Shown in pieces: positions 32,952 through 49,149 of a DNA stretch of 64,000 nucleotides. Positions within the stretch are counted from its first letter, which is position 1; each line of letters begins with the position of its first letter. Below the pieces are notes generated by a model. The model did no database searches and had not been told where the DNA came from. It saw nothing but the letters and a program-made list of their open reading frames with translations. This DNA is from the human T2T-CHM13v2.0 reference genome, Homo sapiens, in NCBI RefSeq assembly GCF_009914755.1, contig NC_060933.1. One strand, 5' to 3'. A program made the position numbers and the translations under genes.

Positions 32952-33115
32952 CTCTGAGGCGATGAGCCAGTTGCTCGGTGATGAGCTCAGGAGCCTCTTG
33001 GAGAATCTCCTTTAGCACGAGAGAAGAGGAAGACTCTCGGAACTCAACGTTGGCATCGCTCTGCTCAACCGGATTAATGACTTTGACAACTGCTGATTCT
33101 AAAGTTTTGTCTTCA
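32952..33115 (-). CDS. PRUNE2: PRUNE2 coding exon 4 (164 nt, phase 2-1): EDKTLESAVVKVINPVEQSDANVEFRESSSSLVLKEILQEAPELITEQLAHRLR(G)
   Basis: TTTACAG|TGAAGA...CAGAG|GTGAGA; contained in ORF 32884..33126(-). Confidence 0.97.
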
Positions 33116-33481
33116 CTGTAAAGCAAATGGAGGGGAGGAAGAGAAAGGGATATGGCATGTCTTATTACTTTTTGGAATGTTTAAATCTCTGCTCTCACAC
33201 AAATGGCTTCCTCTCAATGACCAAAAATATGAGGGAACTCACATGACTCAGAAGACGGGAGCCTTATTCTACGTATTTTCACATTTCATTAAAACTATTT
33301 ACTTTCCCCAAATTCTTAAAATACGTACATACCTTCCCAGCTTTATCCTGTGCTGTGCTCTTGGAAAATAATAGTAACTAACACTATTGGGCTTCCACCA
33401 CAGGCCGGATACTATTATAAATACTTTAGGTGTATTATCATATTTTATACTAGAAAATAACACTATAAAATGAATTCTACA

Positions 33482-33785
<304 letters not shown>

Positions 33786-34418
33786 CTATAAAATGTATAA
33801 AATGCACTAAAAATGACACTAGAAAATGACACTAGAAAAATCCCCATTGTATAAGTTTTTTTTAATACAATTTATACATTGTATAATACTTTTAAAAAGT
33901 ATTTAAAAAAAAAACTGAGGCACAAAGAGGTTAAGAAATTTGTGCAACGTCACACATTTAGTGAGTAGACTAGCTGGTAGACTAGTGAGTAGACTAGCCA
34001 ATAACCTGGCTCCAAAGCTTGCAAATCCAGTCACCGTGGTGTAGAGAAAACACTACTGGGCCTATTTTCCTTCCACCATTATTCTTCATACATGAGACAG
34101 AGCTGGCTTTTAGCAAAGGCAGGAAGAAAAGTTTGGATCAATCCAACTTTATTCTTTCTGCCTGTCAAAAAATAAGTGAATGGCAATGAAAGAAATAAAG
34201 ATTTCTATTTATTTTTGAAAAGCATTCTATTTCATAAACAATTCTAGAGCTAGAGTTCACAATCCCAGCCTCAAAATCAGTCTAAATTTTTCCATTTTAA
34301 TTGGTAACAAAACTATTCCTCAGATTTTGATTGACACACACTCGTTCCACAATTCACATTCCAATTGATTGTATTTATCTGTGTCTCTTTGTATTTGCTG
34401 GTTTCAAAAAGTTAATAT

Positions 34419-34738
<320 letters not shown>

Positions 34739-35319
34739 TCAAGCATATGATTTCCTGAATACCAATAATTGAAGTCAGTCAAATAAACTACCCGGAACTT
34801 TTAGCCACGTGTCAATGATTGATAAATATTATTCAAAAAAATTTCATTTGTTTCAAACAGCATGAAGATAAAAGCAGCCACACATGGGCAGGTTATTTTC
34901 AAAACTCCTCATAAGTAAATGAATTGCATAATAGATATCACAATACATTCATACCTAAATATGCTTCCTAAAAAGTTAAATACAAAATTATTAAACAGAA
35001 AAGGTTTTATTTCATGTATGCTAAGGTCAGTGTCCACTGGTTAAGGTTATCAACAACTTGCAAATTGCCAAACTGTGAAAAACTAACATTTTAAACTACT
35101 GAAGTGCTTAGCTGGTGAACCTTCATTCAGTAGCAGTGGAAAGCTTATCAAAAGGACATCTTCATAAAGTCTTTGATGGCAGAGAATTTGTCTTATTCCT
35201 CCTTAGGCACCTGTAGATTCTTGCATGAGTTAGCAATGCTTAAGTATTTATTGAAAGAGTCAGAAGATACAAGTTCTAATCCCCACTCTTCTACTAACTA
35301 CATATGGTTCTTTGTTTTT

Positions 35320-35647
35320 ATTGTTGTTGTTTGTTCTGTTTTGTTTTTTGAGGCAGGGTCTCGCTCTGTCATCTAGGCTGGAGGGCAGTGGTGTAATCAC
35401 AGCTCAACCATGAGATGACATTGCAGCCTCAACCTCCCAGGCTCAATTGATCCTTTCACCTCAGCCTCCTGAGTAGCTGGGACCACAGGTACATACCACT
35501 ATGGCCAGCTAATTTCTTTGTATTTTTTGTGGAGACAGGGTCTCACCATGTTTCCCAGGCTGATCTCAAACTCCTGGGCTCAAGTGAACCTCCTGCCTTG
35601 GCCTCCCAAAATGCTGGAATTACAGGCATGAGCCACCATGTCAAGCC
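35320..35647 (-). mobile_element. AluJ with a 14-bp internal insertion
   Basis: J diagnostics; extra accatgagatgaca at ~35407-35420. Confidence 0.9.
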
Positions 35648-35980
35648 TGCATGTGGTTCTTTGGACAAGTCGTTTGTGACACTGAGTTTCAAGTTTCTTG
35701 TCCGTAAAATAAAAAGTTTGAGCTACATGAATATTCAAAAAAAATCAATCCTTCTCTTGTAGTATAACATGCTATGAATGAATAAATCAATAATCAAATG
35801 ACCTTCATAGCCCATCTCTATGTATTTTTCCATTTCACTACTGAGATTTCTTTCCTAAGAACCATTCAGTTTTATCCAGTGTTTAATTTCAATTTTTAAT
35901 ACACATGTTTGGCATCAATACATAAGACTATTGTATTGCTATAAGAAAGTGTTTGAAATGGTTCAAAAACTATAATTTTA

Positions 35981-36300
<320 letters not shown>

Positions 36301-36448
36301 CTATAATTTGGTCAATTTTATAAGAACTTTACACTTAAAGATTTCATATCTGAAATGCAAAAGTAAAAATGAAGGATTAGCATGACCCAAATTTTGCCAT
36401 AAGAGAAGAAAAAGATATTCCCTTTTCTCTGCATGTCCTCTGCCTTGC

Positions 36449-36796
<348 letters not shown>

Positions 36797-36899
36797 TAAT
36801 ACATCTGCCTAAACCACAAAAGTCCTGAGTAAAGTGACACTTTGCCCAGTAGAACCTTCATTGAGGGATTAAACCTCAGAGCTTCACAGTGGATCTTAC

Positions 36900-37102
36900 C
36901 TCGCCAGCACACTGCTGCCAACAAGTGTTATCGATAACTTCCCTTCATCATTTAGCTGATGCAGGTTAATTTCATCCCGGAATATGTGGAATGATTCGGA
37001 AATATTTAGCTCTTCTAAAATAAACCTCGTCTCGGTGAAGTAGTTGAATTCAGTTCTTGGTATGTTCAGCACTGGTAAACACAGAACCCCTGGTGGACTG
37101 AC
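36900..37102 (-). CDS. PRUNE2: PRUNE2 coding exon 3 (203 nt, phase 0-2): VSPPGVLCLPVLNIPRTEFNYFTETRFILEELNISESFHIFRDEINLHQLNDEGKLSITLVGSSVLA(S)
   Basis: TTTTTTCTTGGTAG|GTCAGT...GCGAG|GTAAGA; frame continuous with exons 2 and 4. Confidence 0.97.
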
Positions 37103-37702
37103 CTACCAAGAAAAAAGTTGACTGAATTACTGAAAATAGCAGGAGGAAAGAATACAATTACATTTTCTCCAGCCTGGGGGTAACTGGTAAAAGGAATAGG
37201 AGTCTTCTGGCCTCACTAAACCACTTGGCATTCATAATCAAATTTTCCTGAACCCAATTAATAGAGTATTTTCCTCTGAGTGGCCCCTAACATTTTTTAA
37301 CCTCTTGTTACCCTACTTGAAACATCTCATGCTTTATTTTATGTCTCATTTTAGACCCTGCACCATTTGTATATATAAATATATACTACATATGATTAAA
37401 ATTTAAATAGATAACATTTGTATATAAATTTAAATATATGCATATATATAAATTGTGCAGGGGCTAAAATGTAAATAAATACATTTATATATAATACACA
37501 TTCTCTTCTTTAAGAGTAACAAACTCACATATCTTTATAAGATTGGCAGAAAATTAGGACAATTGAGGCAGGGTGGGTGGGGACTGTGGGGACAGGGGAA
37601 GGCACATACATTGCATCTAAATGAGATGCCTGTCACTCAGCTCCAGCCAATGGTTCACATGTAAAAATTCAGGCCCAGTGTAGTTAAAACTTTAAATTAA
37701 CG

Positions 37703-38017
<315 letters not shown>

Positions 38018-38439
38018 TTACCCAAGAGCAGCTATAAATCTAGATTTGGGGTATTATTTGTGAAATTTAATTATTACAATTCATTTTTAAAAATTCAGAA
38101 CGTCAGTCAGTAGAAATTCATTTACAAGCCAGCTTCAGCCTACAGACTATCAGATCGTGATCTCTATTGATTTCTTAAATCATAAAAAACATTTTTTATT
38201 AACAAGTCTCTTAGAAAACAGATCTGTGGCAACCAGAGAAAACAGGAGATAGGAGAGAGGTAGAGAATTGTAGTCACAATAATAAACTTGTTTTTGTACG
38301 GGAATGTTAAAAATAAAGGTGCTTTAAAAATTACTGTGAATGTACAGCAATAATCCTAACTATCAATGAGAGAATGTGGGGTTCAGTGACATGGAATTTG
38401 TGCATAACATAAATGGCCTTTACTCTCACACCATCACCA

Positions 38440-38590
38440 GCTTGTCACAGTTTTAACACCTTAATCATCTGTCTCCCCTTTCTAGCATTAAGAAGGCAGG
38501 GCTTTTTGATGGTTTTGTTCAGTTATGTTTCCAGTGTATAAACCAGTCTGGCACATAGTAAACATTTAGTACATATTTGTTGAATGAAAG
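38440..38590 (+). mobile_element. L2 3' end
   Basis: ctggcacatagta...atatttgttgaatgaa. Confidence 0.65.
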
Positions 38591-39076
38591 AAAGGAATCA
38601 GCCACTGCTATAGCATACAAAGCACAAAGCCACTCCAACAAAGTGGGTTTTCTCCCTCCTGTCACGCTAATACCGAACCACAATTGCATAATAAGTGTTA
38701 ACAACTTATGTATGGCAAGTTATTTTTCCTAATGAATGGAGGGTTCTATCTAACTCCTGATATTGAAACTTGAGTGGGGAAGAATCAATATGTAAATCAG
38801 GCATGTGGCCTGGGCCTCTCCTGGCAGGACCTGTTCTGAAGTTGATGTCACAAGAACTAGGTTCCAGCCCCAGTCTCTACCACGTAACTTTGAGAAAGCC
38901 AGTTTCCTCTCTGAGACTCTGTGTTCCCCATCTGAAAATGCGGCTCACTTACCAGAGTGAGAAGGATTTAAATGGGGTCACACGCATGAGGCAGAAAAGC
39001 TCTTTGCTTATCCTACATGTTCATACTCTGAGAGGGAGTAGTTGGGTTTTGAAAATTTAAATGGAGACACAGACCA

Positions 39077-39090
39077 CTAGCAGGGGGCCC
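39077..39090 (+). promoter_or_regulatory. Candidate CTCF core motif
   Basis: ctagcagggggccc vs CCAGCAGGGGGCGC (12/14); motif match only. Confidence 0.4.
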
Positions 39091-39229
39091 AGTAAACTAC
39101 GAGAAAGGCAGAGAAATATAACCAAATTCTTAGTATGAGACCTTTCAGTAATTCCACATTCATCTCCATGCTTACTGGCAAACCTTTGAAGAAGAAGAGA
39201 ATCCACATGTCTTTTTATTTTTATCTAGC

Positions 39230-39231
39230 CA

Positions 39232-39285
<54 letters not shown>

Positions 39286-39286
39286 C
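39230..39286. repeat. (TCTG)n(TCTA)n tetranucleotide microsatellite
   Basis: Direct reading. Confidence 0.95.
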
Positions 39287-40540
39287 ATGTGTTTTATCTA
39301 TCACAATTACTTTTTCTACCCCTTTTATTGGATGTCAAGACATTGTTGTAGGTGGTAGTGGTGGTATTATTGTTATATCATTTTGAAGTCCACGCCACTA
39401 TCACTCTAAACATCAGTCTGGTTTTGTCAACTCTATGTTCTCTAGATAAGTGACATTTTCTTCTAGGAGTCAAAATACCAGTTAACAAAATTAGTGTTAA
39501 TATGCATGTCTTAACAGAGGCACATTTATCTCCTCATACCAATTAATCTCCCTTGTAAAGTTCAACAAATTTTAAGATAAATTTGATATAAAGCCCACAT
39601 GTAGAGATCAGAATATTTTACCCAGCATTTTTATCAGCTTCTGCCCTAGAGCAGTTCTTGCCACCCACAGCTCATTCTGGAAGACTAGCATTCGTGTGAA
39701 TTTAAATCACTTTAGACCAGCTCTGCCTACTGTCAGGGGCCAAGGATCCAAACAAAATTGCAACAAAACAAATCAGATTCTGAAAAATTAAAAATTGTGT
39801 GACATTGAAAATAACACCTAGACACTCATAACATACATTTTTAGGCTTTACGTTAATAAAAAGCCCATTATCATGAGCTCATGAATTTTATAGATTTCAA
39901 GTTTTAAAGCAATTTGTTGAAAGGTATTTTCCACTTCCACAGGGGCATCATATGCTTCACAGAATAGAAAGAGTCTTCCTCAAGGGAGATGATCACTAAC
40001 TAAGGATGATCTCGCTGTACAAAATCAGGGATACAAGGCAAAACCAAACAAGGACCTACAGGATGTAGATTTGACATGTAATACTCGTCACTGAAAACTC
40101 TAGCCAATGTGCTCTGCCATTTATGTACTGTTCACACAAGTTATTCTGCACGTATTTTTCTGCTCCCAAGGGCAGGACTATCAGCAAGGATGACAAAGGA
40201 AAACAAGAAATCTGATTCTTACTTTTATTAGTTCTATGAATTTCCATAAAATTAATCAACTATTATGAACACTTTAAATGTTTTATTTGAAAACATTGAC
40301 CTTATTGAAATAATGTTTTATAAGGAGAGTTGGTAAGAAATAGCTAGAACAATGCCTAACATATAGTAGGTGCCCAATAAATATTTGTTGATTCATGGAT
40401 GATAATACTTTATACTCTGCAACAATATATCAGAACATTAAAAATTAAGTTAATAGGTTCCTTTGTTTAGAGAAAATGTTTATTCTTAAAAGTTACATAA
40501 TAATTCAAAATATAAGGAGTATTACCCTTTTTTCCCTCAC

Positions 40541-40645
40541 CTTGTCTAGAAAGTAAGCATATGTGAAGGTAGAAATGAGAGAATCCAAGTCACACGATTT
40601 AGGCCCAATAACCACATGGACCTTCTCCAAGCGTTTGCTTCGATT
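40541..40645 (-). CDS. PRUNE2: PRUNE2 coding exon 2 (105 nt, phase 0-0): NRSKRLEKVHVVIGPKSCDLDSLISTFTYAYFLDK
   Basis: Minus strand TTTCAG|AATCGA...GACAAG|GTGAGG; 35 open codons; DHH-family motif I (G..SCDLDS); matches the recalled PRUNE2 N-terminus. Confidence 0.97.
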
Positions 40646-41219
40646 CTGAAACAAATTCAAAGGAAACATCACAATTTAACAGGTGACAGATTAATATAAA
40701 CATATTTTTAATATTTTAAAAAAGTATGCCTTATCCATATTGATACACAATGGCAGAGAATCATAAATTTATCATGAAGTTTTACATGAGAACATAAAAA
40801 TTGTACAAAGTGTTTAACACTCTGAAATATTCACTCAAACTCTAGTAAACTTTCCGGAAGAGAAAATGTGGTTTTATTAAGATTACACATAATTTAACTT
40901 CATATGAACTGTATCTCTGAGTCGTAATTTTTTTAGTAAGTATCATTTTGTTCTAAGGGGCATAGTATTCTATATCATTTCTTTATATAAGATGTTCTTA
41001 ATTTAAGAAACAAACAAAATGACTTTTTTCATATGTGTCTGGCATGCAACATAAGCAAACAGACACAGAGTTTGGTAAGGATTTATTTTTTTATGTCACA
41101 TTTTGGGTAACAAGATAGGTTCTCTCTGTATTCTATTCTATAATTTAGTAAATGAAACTTGTAACACTTTTGTCTGTCAGAAAATAAAAATTAATTGTTC
41201 TTAAAAGGTGTATATAGTC

Positions 41220-41582
<363 letters not shown>

Positions 41583-43101
41583 TTAACTAAATAGTTATTT
41601 GAAAATTCCTTTGTGGAAGGCTGACATTCTTTTGCAACTTCCAAAGAACCAACTGCTTCTAGTAAATGTCATAGCAAAACTATCCAATACAGATAATTGT
41701 CATATAAATTAACAACTTTACGGTATGTCAGAGATGACATATGTACATACTTTCCCCACTTTTCATCACTTGTTTTAACTTCTCATTTTAGAACTACCTA
41801 GAAAGCCAACTTAGTTGTAATACTGTTCCAAAGGCTATATAAAAGGTTAGATTGCTCATGACTATTTTAATTAAAAAAAAAAGTGTTTATATGCAGAACA
41901 AAGATGAAGTATTATTTAGTTATCTACTACATATTTTACAAATGAATCTAAAAATTTGTCAGTGTTTATATGGAACTGCTGGTATCAGAGTCAAACGCAA
42001 TAGGTTGTGGCTCAATAAATATAACAAACCAAATCTTGGAGGGGGCTAGGTTAGTCTATCATTATAGACAATGAAAGCAGTATCAATTTTGCAGATATAA
42101 TCCAATATGTAACATTGCTAAATTAAAATAAATTTTTTTTCAAAATTGAGATATTGATCCTTGGCAAAACAGCATGATTTAAAAGTATGATATAAACTCT
42201 CTGAAGATAATTACAATCCCCTCCCTTGTCACTACCAAATCTAGCTTCCATTTCTTCCTCTCCCAGTTTCCTTCCCCTACACTCATAAATTTATAGTTGG
42301 CTCACTTGGCTAAATGTGCTTTAAGGGTTCTAGTCTAGGTCCAGTTCTCACTCTCAATGTCAGACTGCTTCCCCTGTGCAACACAGTCAAATATTCTAGA
42401 AGCTCCTAAAGAAAGGTAGGTAAATGGAATTACAGTCTATTACAACACAAACAAACACATTAGGAAATCATATTACTGCAGAATGCTATTCTTCCGAGAA
42501 GCTCAAAGATCTAAGTAGACATTACCTCATTTCTCTTCCCAAATCTTATAAGGCAGACAGTAAGAAGATTAGCAGCACTTTTTATAGGTCAGAGGAGTCT
42601 GTGATGGACCAGGGTGGTTCCCAGAATCCCACAGCACAGTGCAGTGAGCCCCATCTCCTCTGCCCTGTATTAATGCCATAATGACTTCTCAACACTATGA
42701 GGATCTCAGCGTCCACACAAGTGAGCACGGAATTCAGGGAGAAGAGAGAATGAAATACAGCAAGACTTCAGACATTTGTGAGATCAAAATTACCCCCAAA
42801 GCTGACCTATTTGCTTCTTGTCTAGGCTTGATCATTCCCTGACATAGCTTTGTGTTCCACCCTCAACTTACAGGAAAGAAGACATGGGGAGTGTAGCAAG
42901 ATTTGTGTGCCGATTCATTACCAAGCCCAAAACCAATTATACTTAAGGAAGAAAAGGTGCTAAATGAAGACTGCAACCCCAAAGCATGCTACACGAACTC
43001 TCACAACTCAGGAACCCTGTAAGATAATTATAAGGTTAATTTACATGGATTGAATGTAAATGAATTAATCTTTCCTTGCTGATATATCTCTTTCCATTTA
43101 A

Positions 43102-43746
<645 letters not shown>

Positions 43747-44798
43747 TGAGTACTCCTGAGTTAACGTGTCACCAATGTAATATGCTCTCATTGTAAAGAG
43801 ACCCTCCAGAAATCATGCCATAATCCAAAAAGATGACTGGAAAAAAAAAAGATGACCCAGCTTAGAATGGTGGACCAGACAGAAAGGGACAGCCCAACCA
43901 GAAGGTACCTTTTGTGCCACCAGTAAGCCCTGAAAGAGATAGGCTTGGCCTCAGAATATCTCAGATGTTCCTAAGTGCCCAATTCCTACCAGTAACCACT
44001 GATAAGATAGAATTGCAGGGCAGCAAAGGGTAACCATGCTCAAACTCCTGCCTGCTTGGAGGAATAAAACATAAAATTAGTCATGTAGACTCACCCTGTA
44101 CGTGAGCTCAATCTCTTCAAATTGGAATTAAGAACCAGAGAATACAGGGCCCACTCTTGAGCTTCCCCCCACAAATGACCTTGGTTGTGCAAACAGAGCA
44201 AACACAGGGGTCAAGCCAAGGCAGAAAATTCTGAGGACTGATTTCAGGTGTCTGGGGCAGGTAATGGGAGGTCCCCACGGTTCTGGTGCACCCTGAGGGA
44301 ATGGGCCCATCTATAGGGGCTGCAACTAGTTCACGGAACCCAAAAGAGACTCCTGACCCCAAAGATCGTCTGCACTGCTCACTGAAGGTCTGTAGGCCCC
44401 TTCCTATCTCACATATCCACATATTCAGAGACTCTCAGGTGCCCAATCTTAATACTGATGTCCCTTGATACAGTTCAAATTGTGCTATGGATGATTCACA
44501 AACAGACAAATCATGCCCAAATAAAAGGGACAATAATAATGATAAATGTACAGTTTCATCAATTTGATTTACTATTGTCACCCCAACAATAAAAATCTGC
44601 TTGTGCCAGGCACTGTTCTAGGCTCTAAGGATATAGCAATAAACCAAATGGACAAAAATCCCATCCCTCACTGCACTTGCAATTTAGTGCATGGTGAACT
44701 GATGAACCAAATAATCAGATAATTTAAATGGAGAAGATGAAATCATAAAACGGGGATGGGATATGCTGAGGTGAGGTTCATTAGAAAGTGGCATTTGA

Positions 44799-45222
44799 TG
44801 CCCATCAATGATCAACTGGGTAAAGAAAATGTGGCACATATACACCATGGAATACTATGCAGCCATAAAAAAGGATGAGTTCATGTTCTTTGCAGGGACA
44901 TGGATGAAGCTGGAAACCATCATTCTCAGCAAACTAATACAGGAACAGAAAACCAGACACTGCATGTTCTCACTCATAAGTGGGAGTTGAGCAATGAGAA
45001 CACATAGACACAGGGAGGGCAACATCACACACTGGGGCCTGTCAAGGGGTCGAAAGCAAGGGAAGGGATAGCATTAGGAGAAATACCTAATGTAGATGAC
45101 AGGTTGATGGATGCAGCAAACCACCATGGCACGTGTATACCTATGTAACAAACCTGCATGTTCTGCACATGTATCCCAGAACTTAAGGTATAATTAAAAA
45201 AAAAAAAAAGAAAGAAAAAAAA
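44799..45222 (+). mobile_element. 5'-truncated L1PA7/8-like 3' end inserted in an L2 (~44590-45340)
   Basis: ORF2 end [17 protein letters not shown]; A-tail; perfect 16-bp TSD agaaagtggcatttga at 44783-44798 and 45223-45238. Confidence 0.95.
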
Positions 45223-45955
45223 AGAAAGTGGCATTTGAGTAAAGGTCTGTAGGTTAGGTAAGTGGGACTAAAGGGTGTCTCAGGCTAAGGAAAGAACAGG
45301 TACCAAGGCCCTGAGGTGAGAGCAGGCCCAGCATGTTCAGCAAATAATTATTGCCTAATGTATACATTTTCCAAATGTGACTCTGTAAACTCCTAGGTTG
45401 GAGGGACCCAGTCTGCTGAGTAAATATCCATTCCCTAATATCAACCTACACAAGCACACCAAGCATCAAGGAATCTCAAAAGACAGGCAACCCTTTGCGA
45501 ATGCCTAAACCCAGTGCTCCCCAAACCCAATACAAAATGGAATATGATAATGGATTGAAAGAGATACTACACTGCTTTGTCATCTAGATACACTTCCAAA
45601 ATAGATGGACAGAATCTTTTCATAATCAATGTAAAAAAGAAAGTATATTGACTATGCCAGGATTCCAAATCACTTTAATATGCTTTCAAAGTGTAATCCT
45701 ATATACCGCTAAAATGAGACTTCTTAACTTCTTATCTCTTTTTAAAAGCCTACAAAATGCCTACATATTCAGATTCAATGGCCCATTAAATGAAGCTGCA
45801 CTTGTTAGGCAAAAGCACTTTCAAGCCACCCAGAAGAATTGACCAGAAAGAGGGCTTCCTGGGCCCTCCTATAAGCCTAGGCCCCTCCATTTGCTCTTTC
45901 CTTCCTCCACAGGCTTAGAAGCAAGGTTGCTGCTGCCATAAACCTTTTAATAAAA

Positions 45956-46979
<1,024 letters not shown>

Positions 46980-48573
46980 CAAGGAGCCCTTGCAATACAG
47001 TTATAAGATGACTTTTCAATACTCATGCTCAAATATCCCCAAATCTTTTTTCTGAAAATTTTTGGAACACTTTTTTCAAAAATAATTAATTGAAACGAAT
47101 TTTGTTTTAAAAATATTTCAGACAAAACCCACAGAAGTTGGAGATTCACTTTCCACACACACTAAAGTGGGGGCACATTTCTTGGTCCCTCATTTCTAAC
47201 CAAAAAAATGAAGAAACAAGAGAGAAATAAACCTCCTGAAACTGTAGGATGGTGTCTCCAAAGAAAACCAGAAAGAAGGTGGCCTTTGAACCAGTGAGTC
47301 CCTTGACTACTTACTAGCTCCAAGTCAACCAGGGTGTCTTCCTCCCAGAAGACTGGCTGCAGGGTGATGCGGAAAGGGCCCAGCCCCTCCCCAGGAGACC
47401 CCAAACACCTGTGGCTGCCACGATTCTAAGTAAGAAGACTTCCAAGGATGGGAAGGAGGAGACCTAACGTGCTGCTCACAACCCTACAGGTCCCTAACTC
47501 AAACCCAGTCACAGCCTCCAAGGAAGCCAGGTGGGAGGGGCAGCAGATGGTACCATGGCCAAGTGAGCAGCAGGGGCCACAGGGAGGCCTGGAGATGTCC
47601 AGAGGCGAGGCAAACACCCCCTCTGCAGCTCTGCTGTGCAGGGATAAAGTCACATTCTTTGCTGGTTTGGTAAATAAACGAGATGCCTCTTGATACTGGC
47701 CCTGGGTTTGAGATGATTTTGAGAACTCCTGACCTCCTCCTGAATTTCTCTTTGTTCTTTGTTTCCAACACCATTCTCTCCCTCCGGGTCTCAAATGTTC
47801 TCCAGGTAATGATGTAATTATGAGAAATTTAAAATCTGTTATTCGAGAAAGAGAGGAGACAGGCATCAGTGTGAACAAATTCAGCTATAAACTGTTCAGG
47901 CCGTGTGCATTTGGGCCTTCTTCTGTGTTCTCATATGTAAGAGGCCATTGTGGGTAGGCGATGGGGGAGGCAAAACCTAAACCCAAAGCCTCAGTTCCCC
48001 CCGGTCAGGCTTCTTGAAGCCTGGAGCACTGGACATCAACTAATCCACTTTTTTAACTTCTCAGCTTAATCCATTCTTCCTTAGCCTGTTTGCTGCCCAT
48101 CTTGAAAACAAAGTTTTCTCAAATCGAGTGACCTCAAATATCATTTATATACTTCTGGATATAGTTTATATCTTCTGGATCATAAAAACGATGTGGCCAA
48201 GAAGTATTATTTTATTTACAGCATTTTTTTTTTTTTTTTGTATTTTTGTTCAGGATCCTCGCTCTGACGATGGCTTCAAAGGACAGTTTTGGAAGCAGCA
48301 CCATTATTTTTCTTCCATCACAAAAAGTTAGGGATGAGCCCCGCAAATCTTTAACTTCCCTGAAGGGCTCCTAAGGGAATTGTCCTGCATAGCCTCCTGA
48401 GATGTTTTCATTTTCCAGTCATCCCACTGTTGTGGGGAGATGCATGCTTTTATTACCCACTGGTTCCTTCTAGCTGAAACAGGTGCCCTATTCTAGGAGT
48501 TTGACCTCCATGGTTTCACAGATCTTTATAATCTCTTCACCTTTCCTTTTTCAGCCTCAAGAACTGCAGTCTT

Positions 48574-48809
48574 GGCCAGGCACGGTGGCTCACGCCTGTA
48601 ATCCCGGCACTTTGGGAGGCCGAGGCAGGCAGATCACCTGAGGTCAGGAGTTCGAGACCAGCCTGACCAACATGGTGAAACCCCATCTCTACTAAAAATA
48701 CAAAATTAGCCAGGCATGGTTGGCACATGCCTGTAATCCCAGCTACTTGGGAGGCTGAGACAGGAGAATCGCTTGAACCCAGGAGGCAGAAAAAAGAAAA
48801 AAGAGAGAG
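48574..48809 (+). mobile_element. AluS lacking the last ~70 nt of the right arm
   Basis: Stops at aggaggcaga, then A-rich tail; TSD ctgcagtctt. Confidence 0.9.
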
Positions 48810-49149
48810 CTGCAGTCTTTTTCATTTAGCCTCCTATGAACATATGTCTAGGTCACAAATCCTTTCCTTGTATCCTCTGACCTTGTGGCGTCCTGTGTCC
48901 TTTTACTGTGCTCAGGCCTCCAGGTTGGAGTCATGCAAAACCATCTAAGAAACAACTGAGCCTTAGGAAAAGCTAGAAGAGCTTCTTCTACTAAATGATA
49001 AACATCAAAGGCAGTCCAAGAGTTTTAAAGCCCAAATGAGAAAGAATGCCCCCGCTACACACACATAGCACCCTACACTCACGTCACCTAAGGTTTATAT
49101 CTTAATGACTTCATAAAATATGTTCATTATAAAACATTTGTAGAAACTC

